A stretch of DNA of 64,000 bases from a virus (lineage: Duplodnaviria > Caudoviricetes): positions 32,001-96,000 of IMG/VR virus record IMGVR_UViG_2706796482_000001. One strand, given 5' to 3'. Shown one piece after another: positions 59,011 through 64,000 of the stretch. The number at the start of each line of letters is the position of its first letter. Within the stretch, counting starts at the first letter, position 1. The translations under genes were made by a program, and so were the position numbers. Under the pieces are notes generated by a model. It saw only the letters and a list, made by a program, of their open reading frames with translations. It ran no database searches and was not told where the DNA came from.

Positions 59011-59215
59011 ATTTACAAACAGCACGTAGATTCACAGGCTAGAATGGGTTTTACTGATTTTCAAATCCAGGAGGCGGTGATGAAGAAGGGTTTAGCGGCC
59101 CTACTTACCCAAGAGGAATCAGTTGAGGGTAATCGTGCTACAGTAAAAGAGCGGATGTTGGGACCGCTTCAAGCAAGAGACACCGCTCAAAGGTGGAGTG
59201 CTGCATCCCTTCCTA

Positions 59216-59288
59216 TGACCTATAGTTCAATTGGCAGAGCAGATGGTTGTTACCCATCAAGTTGCAGGTTCGAGTCCTGCTAGGTCAG
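59216..59288 (+). tRNA. tRNA-Asn(GTT) copy 2
   Basis: Loop TTGTTAC. Confidence 0.9.
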
Positions 59289-59619
59289 CTCGCACAGAGA
59301 TTATATCAACGTGCTCTCGTAGAGTCCCAACTTAGGTTGGGACTTTCTGCGTTAAGGCCCGGTGGTGTTGACAGGTTCCCTTGCTTCCAGTAGAGTAGTA
59401 ACAAGCAAGCAGCCACAGAGTATGCTATCCTATATAAACAAATAGGAGGCGACAATGAGGTTTGCTTTTGGACTAAGACCAGGACATGTTACCAAGCATG
59501 GTACAGTAGTCGCAGCACAGAAGACGCTTGATGGAAAGCATGTGCAGTTGACTCTGGCTGGCAAGTCAGATAATGTAGTCGTAAGCAAGTACACACTTCT
59601 TAGAACTCGGAGAAAATAA

Positions 59620-59967
59620 GTGTCTGACGAAACACCGCAGGATGAGCGTGGACTCAGGGAGCGAATGAAGGACGATTTCGCTGCCTATCGCAAGGCCAAG
59701 GGTATTCAGGCTTATGAGGCTGCCAAGCGCTACCTCGTTAGCAAGGCTAAGGTCGAAAAAAAGAAGGCCCCTGCCGGAAAGCAGAAGAAGATTTCTGCGC
59801 TGAATCCTCGTGACCTCACGCCAGAGGGTGAGGTTTTGCAGGTGGGACGTAGTCCTATCAAGAAGAGTGAGTATGATGTAACCTTCATGACCGGCAGCGG
59901 AACTGTTCGTAAGACGTTCAGTGGAAGCGACAAGATTGACGTTATCGGTCAGGGTGAAGTACGATAA
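59620..59967 (+). CDS. Hypothetical basic protein
   Basis: GGAG RBS, GTG start. Confidence 0.55.
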   Translation: MSDETPQDERGLRERMKDDFAAYRKAKGIQAYEAAKRYLVSKAKVEKKKAPAGKQKKISALNPRDLTPEGEVLQVGRSPIKKSEYDVTFMTGSGTVRKTFSGSDKIDVIGQGEVR

Positions 59968-59986
59968 GCAAGGGCCTTCGGGCCAA

Positions 59987-60058
59987 GTCCCTATAGTTCA
60001 AGGGAAAGAACAAGACTCTCCTAAAGTCTAGATGCAGGTTCGAATCCTGCTGGGGATA
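59987..60058 (+). tRNA. tRNA-Arg(CCT)
   Basis: Loop CTCCTAA. Confidence 0.9.
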
Positions 60059-60307
60059 CGGTTGACGCGAGGCCCGGTAGGGTGTAGAGTAGTCAACAGA
60101 ACGACACCTCCTAGTATTTGGAGTACACATCAATAGGAGGAAACAATGAAGGTATATATCGTAATCGAAGATATCTGCTGCTGTGGAATTGAAATTCTTG
60201 GGGTCTTTTCAACAGAGAAGAAGGCTCAGGACTTCATTGACAGCGACGAGAAGTACAAGTATGCTGAGATTACAGAGGAAGAAGTGGCATAAGCCCGAAA
60301 GGGTTTT

Positions 60308-60382
60308 GGGAGCGTAGCTCAGTCTGGTCGGAGCAATGCACTGATAATGCATCGGTCGCTGGTTCAAATCCAGCCGTTCCTA
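60308..60382 (+). tRNA. tRNA-Ile(GAT)
   Basis: Loop CTGATAA. Confidence 0.9.
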
Positions 60383-60455
60383 CGTAGCAAGGAGTCCATC
60401 GCTGTAACCGATGGAATTAAATGCCCGCAATTCAGGAAGGGGCGTCCTAGCTTAT

Positions 60456-60528
60456 GGGGTCGTAGCATAACTGGTAATGCACTTGTATGGCATACAAGCG
60501 ATTGTGGGTTCAAATCCCATCGACTCCA
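60456..60528 (+). tRNA. tRNA-Ala(GGC)
   Basis: G3:U70; loop ATGGCAT. Confidence 0.85.
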
Positions 60529-60725
60529 CTCTTTTAGTGTTTCTGCCATGAGGGTTAGAAAACACGCGGGTCAGCTCTAGCAGGCTGATTAGGATGCAAG
60601 GTATAACCCGTACCACCCCTTGCAGCAGACATACCACATGTGCTAGCATGGTCTGTATATTGCGGTGATGGCCTGGTAAGCCTGACCTAGCTTATTATAG
60701 CCATAGGGTACCCTATGGCAACCAA

Positions 60726-60798
60726 GCTCCGGTAGCTCAGTTGGCAGAGCAGGGGACTCTTAATCCTCGTGTCGCTGGTTCAAGTCCAGTTCGGAGTA
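60726..60798 (+). tRNA. tRNA-Lys(CTT) copy 2
   Basis: Loop CTCTTAA. Confidence 0.9.
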
Positions 60799-60922
60799 CA
60801 AAGCGTCATTGCAAGGACGCTCAATCACATTGGGGTTCGATTCCCTCTGGTGAAACAATGTGGTGTAATCGAGAAGAAAAGGCGAGGTCATTATGTGACC
60901 TGCTGTCTAGCTTCTCCCTTAT

Positions 60923-60997
60923 GGTCCAGTCGCACAGTCTGGCAGTGCAATTGACTTTTAATCTTTGAGGACGTGGGTTCGAATCCCACCTGGACCA
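60923..60997 (+). tRNA. tRNA-Lys(TTT)
   Basis: Loop CTTTTAA; mismatched anticodon stem. Confidence 0.8.
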
Positions 60998-61001
60998 CCT
61001 T

Positions 61002-61074
61002 GCCCTTTTAGCTCATTGGATAGAGCGATGGTCTTCGAAGCCATGCGTAGGGAGTTCGATTCTCTCAAGGGGCG
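61002..61074 (+). tRNA. tRNA-Arg(TCG)
   Basis: Loop CTTCGAA. Confidence 0.85.
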
Positions 61075-61338
61075 CTTGACATAGCCAAGATGGCATGTCA
61101 CACTGTTAACAGAACACAGCGGACAAGGCTTAGGCGGATGAGCACGGGCTTCCTAGCAATGGTTGAGGAAGCAGAAATCCGAATCGATGGACCGTCGCAA
61201 CAAGCCGGTGGGATGCGAGTGGCTGACCAGTTCTGTTGACACAGCGGGGAACGTTGAGTATGCTAACCTCATAGAGGAACGACGACTAACAAGTTCCCCG
61301 CTTTCTAACAACCAACTATAGTAACTAGGAGTTACACA

Positions 61339-62127
61339 ATGGGTTTTCTGCGCAAGATGAAGAACTTCACGCCTGCGGCTAACCTTTCTGCAAGGAAGAC
61401 GGTTACGCTGACCCGAATTCAGTCTGGTCGGCCTGCTGCAAACGTAAGTCTCATCAAGCAGAACGGCGTTTCCTTCGAGAAGAAGGTTGAGAGCGCTGTT
61501 AAGCTCCAGAAGAACCTGGGTGTCGATAACCGATTCGATGTTATCGCTCTGATTGATGAGTCCTACTCCATGGATGGACTGTTCGCTGATGGTACTGTTC
61601 AGGCAATTGCTGAGCGCGCCCTTGCGTGGACTGCTGGTGTGGATGCGGACGGCATGGCTCCTGTCGGTGGCTTTGCTAGCGGCTTCAAGTGGCACGGTGA
61701 GATTGACCTCACCAATGTCATGGGTTGTGCGTCAAGTTGGAACACCTGGGGTGGAACTGACCTGGCTGCTGGTCTTAAGGCTGCATTTGAGGTTGCGAAG
61801 GGTGCTGACAATCCTGTCTATCTCTTTGTAGTTACCGATGGTGCTCCTAACGACCGACAGGCGGTAGTTAAGCTGGTCAAGGAGATGTCTCAGTATCCTA
61901 TCTTCATCAAGTTCCTGCTCGTTGGCAATGACCGCAGCGGTAAGCAGTTCCTTGAGTACCTGGATGACCTTGAAACTCATGAGGGTGCTTCCCGACTCTT
62001 TGACAACGTGGACACTCAGCACATTCAGAACGTGTCTCGCGTCAGTGATGACGATTTCAACAAGGCCATGACTGAGGAAGTTCCTTCCGCCATTCAGGCA
62101 ATGCGTGGAGTCGGTCTGGTTCGCTGA
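61339..62127 (+). CDS. vWA domain protein (TerF-associated type)
   Basis: IDESYSM, ER, D.DG, GGT, VTDG, FIKF, LEYLDDL, R.FDN. Confidence 0.8.
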   Translation: MGFLRKMKNFTPAANLSARKTVTLTRIQSGRPAANVSLIKQNGVSFEKKVESAVKLQKNLGVDNRFDVIALIDESYSMDGLFADGTVQAIAERALAWTAGVDADGMAPVGGFASGFKWHGEIDLTNVMGCASSWNTWGGTDLAAGLKAAFEVAKGADNPVYLFVVTDGAPNDRQAVVKLVKEMSQYPIFIKFLLVGNDRSGKQFLEYLDDLETHEGASRLFDNVDTQHIQNVSRVSDDDFNKAMTEEVPSAIQAMRGVGLVR

Positions 62128-62128
62128 G

Positions 62129-62157
62129 TTGACACAACTCAGCAGATGATGTAGAGT
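62129..62157 (+). promoter_or_regulatory. Sigma70-type promoter
   Basis: TTGACA-N17-TAGAGT. Confidence 0.7.
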
Positions 62158-62368
62158 AGTACACATCAGGGATGCAAAAACCCTCTCAAACTTGGCCTAA
62201 GAAGCCCGGTGGCGTTCAGGGAAGAGGGGATGTGTGGTAGAGTGAACGTACCCACACAACAGCAAAGACAAAAATCTCCGTCTGAGGCTGATAATGTGGA
62301 GTAGTGCTAAAGGTAAAGAGGTGGAGCGAAAGCATAGAAGCCTATGACTTACCCCAAAGCACTATAAT

Positions 62369-62439
62369 GGCAGTAGGGCGCTCGGTGTGCCAACGACTCT
62401 CATAAGGTCGAGGGGCTGGTTCGAATCCAGCTATTGCTA
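62369..62439 (+). tRNA. tRNA(CAT), elongator Met or Ile2
   Basis: GGCAGTA/TATTGCT; loop CTCATAA. Confidence 0.8.
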
Positions 62440-62441
62440 CT

Positions 62442-62513
62442 TGCAGGTTAGTGAAACGGTATCACGTAGGGCTCATAATCCTAAATTCCTGTTCGACTCA
62501 GGGCCTGCCCCCA
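62442..62513 (+). tRNA. tRNA-fMet-like (CAT)
   Basis: 1:72 mismatch, GGG in anticodon stem, encoded CCA; short T stem. Confidence 0.7.
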
Positions 62514-62884
62514 CGTAAAAACAAACAATCAAGCAAGAAAACTCAAGGAGAAAAACAATGCCTGGTCCTCTTTCCACTCCCGGTGCCGTCAAGCGTCCGA
62601 CTGTTGCTGAGCAGATGAAGCGCGTTGCGGACCTGATGAAGGGTAAGGCCCCTCGTACTGGTAAGACCGACAAGAAGCACGGTCGCTGACTCCAAGGAGT
62701 TAAATGGCTAAGTATCGTATCAAAGAGCATCTTGAGACAGTCTACGATAAGAACAAGGTAGACGAGCGAATTGAGGCTCTGCAAAAGATTGTTGATAACC
62801 GCAGGCGCGGTGGTAAGGTAATCTCAGAGCATAAGCAAACTGGCAAAGTCCATCAGTGGTTGCTCTACTACGTTAAGGAGTAGC

Positions 62885-63124
62885 GTGGAATTTACAATGG
62901 AAGACGTACTAGCGGCTGTTGAGACGCTTGATGGTCTCCAGCCAAGCTACTACCGTGATATCCTGGAAACAGGACCGGATGGCAGCGAAGAGTATACTCT
63001 CTATGGAGATGACCTCGGAGCAGTCATTCATGCAATCCACGTTCTCAAGACTCACTTTGGGATTGTGGGAGTCAATCGGACCTTCGGGCCTGTTGCTTCT
63101 CCCAATCGAACTGTGGTAGACTGA
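62885..63124 (+). CDS. Hypothetical protein
   Basis: AAGGAG RBS, GTG start. Confidence 0.5.
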   Translation: MEFTMEDVLAAVETLDGLQPSYYRDILETGPDGSEEYTLYGDDLGAVIHAIHVLKTHFGIVGVNRTFGPVASPNRTVVD

Positions 63125-63145
63125 GAACAAGCCCTTCGGGGTTAT

Positions 63146-63227
63146 GTGTGAGCGGCGAAGTTGGAGAGACGCGACGGTCTGTAAAACCGTTCCTTCGGGT
63201 GAGTCAGTTCGAATCTGACCTCACGCA
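63146..63227 (+). tRNA. tRNA-Tyr(GTA) copy 1
   Basis: Long variable arm; loop CTGTAAA. Confidence 0.9.
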
Positions 63228-63283
63228 CGTACAGTATAATAGAAAGAAGAGGTTGTAGCAGCTCCTCTGGAAAAGCTGCCTAT

Positions 63284-63355
63284 GCATGTAAGCCAGGGAT
63301 AAGCTAGGCGGGCCTGTAAAGCCCTACCTCGATGGTTCGAATCCGTCTACATGCA
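63284..63355 (+). tRNA. tRNA-Tyr(GTA) copy 2 (atypical, short variable loop)
   Basis: GCATGTA/TACATGC; GGGC-CTGTAAA-GCCC. Confidence 0.65.
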
Positions 63356-63454
63356 CTCGGGTTATATCCTACCTGAAAGCCTACAGCTTGACTTCTTGGC
63401 TATGGACGCATAGACTGAACAAGAAGCCAGGCCGAGGGGCAAAGGATATCCTAT

Positions 63455-63529
63455 GGTGGCTGTATCATAAAAGTAATGTACTAGGCTGTGAACCTAGATA
63501 AGAGGGGGCAGTACCCTCCAGTCACCCCA
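63455..63529 (+). tRNA. tRNA-His(GTG) copy 1 (atypical T loop)
   Basis: G-1:C73, encoded CCA; T loop GGCAGTA. Confidence 0.75.
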
Positions 63530-63551
63530 AGTAGGTTAAACCTACATCGAT

Positions 63552-63627
63552 GGGGTTGGTAGCTCAATTGGATTAGAGCGCTGCGTTGTGGTCGCAGTGG
63601 TTGAGGGTTCGAGTCCCTTCCTTCCCA
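63552..63627 (+). tRNA. tRNA-His(GTG) copy 2
   Basis: Loop TTGTGGT; A73. Confidence 0.8.
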
Positions 63628-63698
63628 CTTAAGGGTGGCTGTACGGCAAAAGGTCCGTACGGTGATATCTCTCCAAACTCCCTAAAGGTTTGGCGCAA

Positions 63699-63770
63699 GG
63701 GCATGTAGCTCAGTTGGTAGAGCTTCGGTGTGAAGTACCGAGTGCGAGGGTTCGATTCCCTACTTGCCCA
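63699..63770 (+). tRNA. tRNA-Phe(GAA)
   Basis: Loop GTGAAGT. Confidence 0.85.
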
Positions 63771-64000
63771 CATGATTAGAATGAGAGTAACAGCCAGTCT
63801 AGCTACTCTTCTCATTCTTGTTGGATGTGGTTCTAGTGAAGACGAAAACAAGCTGACAACAAAGGATAAGGCTTATGTGAAAGTCGTTCGAGAAGAGATT
63901 ACTGGCGTTCAAGACATGAGTGACGAAAAGCTGGTAGCGCTAGCAATCACAGCTTGTGAAGTCTCCAGTAGTGGAGAAAACTTCTTTGAAACCATCAGGA

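Noticed and set aside
59044-59283. 79-aa ORF
   Set aside because: Runs through tRNA-Asn and lacks an RBS; same reasoning for ORFs at 41324, 55786, 58355, 60347 and 60741
63360-63452. ncRNA from nested inverted repeats
   Set aside because: Contains a TTGACT-N17-TAGACT promoter; cannot separate RNA structure from regulatory DNA
40800-64000. Full-length tmRNA
   Set aside because: No tRNA-like ends enclosing a ~300-nt tag-encoding region were found in this window

Overview
64 kb of a large (tRNA-rich) actinobacterial siphophage genome, almost entirely + strand; gene content and order resemble the big Streptomyces phages (clusters BE/BK; inference from content, no database search). 1-21.5 kb is the neck/tail module: major tail protein, chaperone pair, 2,100-aa tape measure with lysozyme-like and M23 domains, and a 2,000-aa fibre. 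21.8-40.8 kb holds holin and replication/recombination/packaging genes: DnaB, primase, SSB, DnaE, MazG, RecA, Cas4-like, RuvC, large terminase. 40.8-64 kb is an RNA-rich accessory region with about 34 tRNAs, several atypical tRNA-like RNAs, many structured spacers and TTGACA-N17 promoters. Headline finding: a Ro60/TROVE gene (51082-52731) plus FOUR dispersed Y-RNA-like genes (40809, 42539, 45520, 50199). All share a bulged-C terminal helix and a TTATCT motif but carry graded amounts of a circularly permuted tRNA domain (complete, altered, T-arm only, none). One lies directly upstream of a nucleotidyltransferase gene. Also notable: RBS-sequestering hairpins with an internal -10 element before holin and terminase, a probable non-canonical (ATA) start for the tape measure, tRNA-Ile(UAU), a TraB/FtsK-like translocase, and apparent GATC avoidance. 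All RNA structures were folded by eye.
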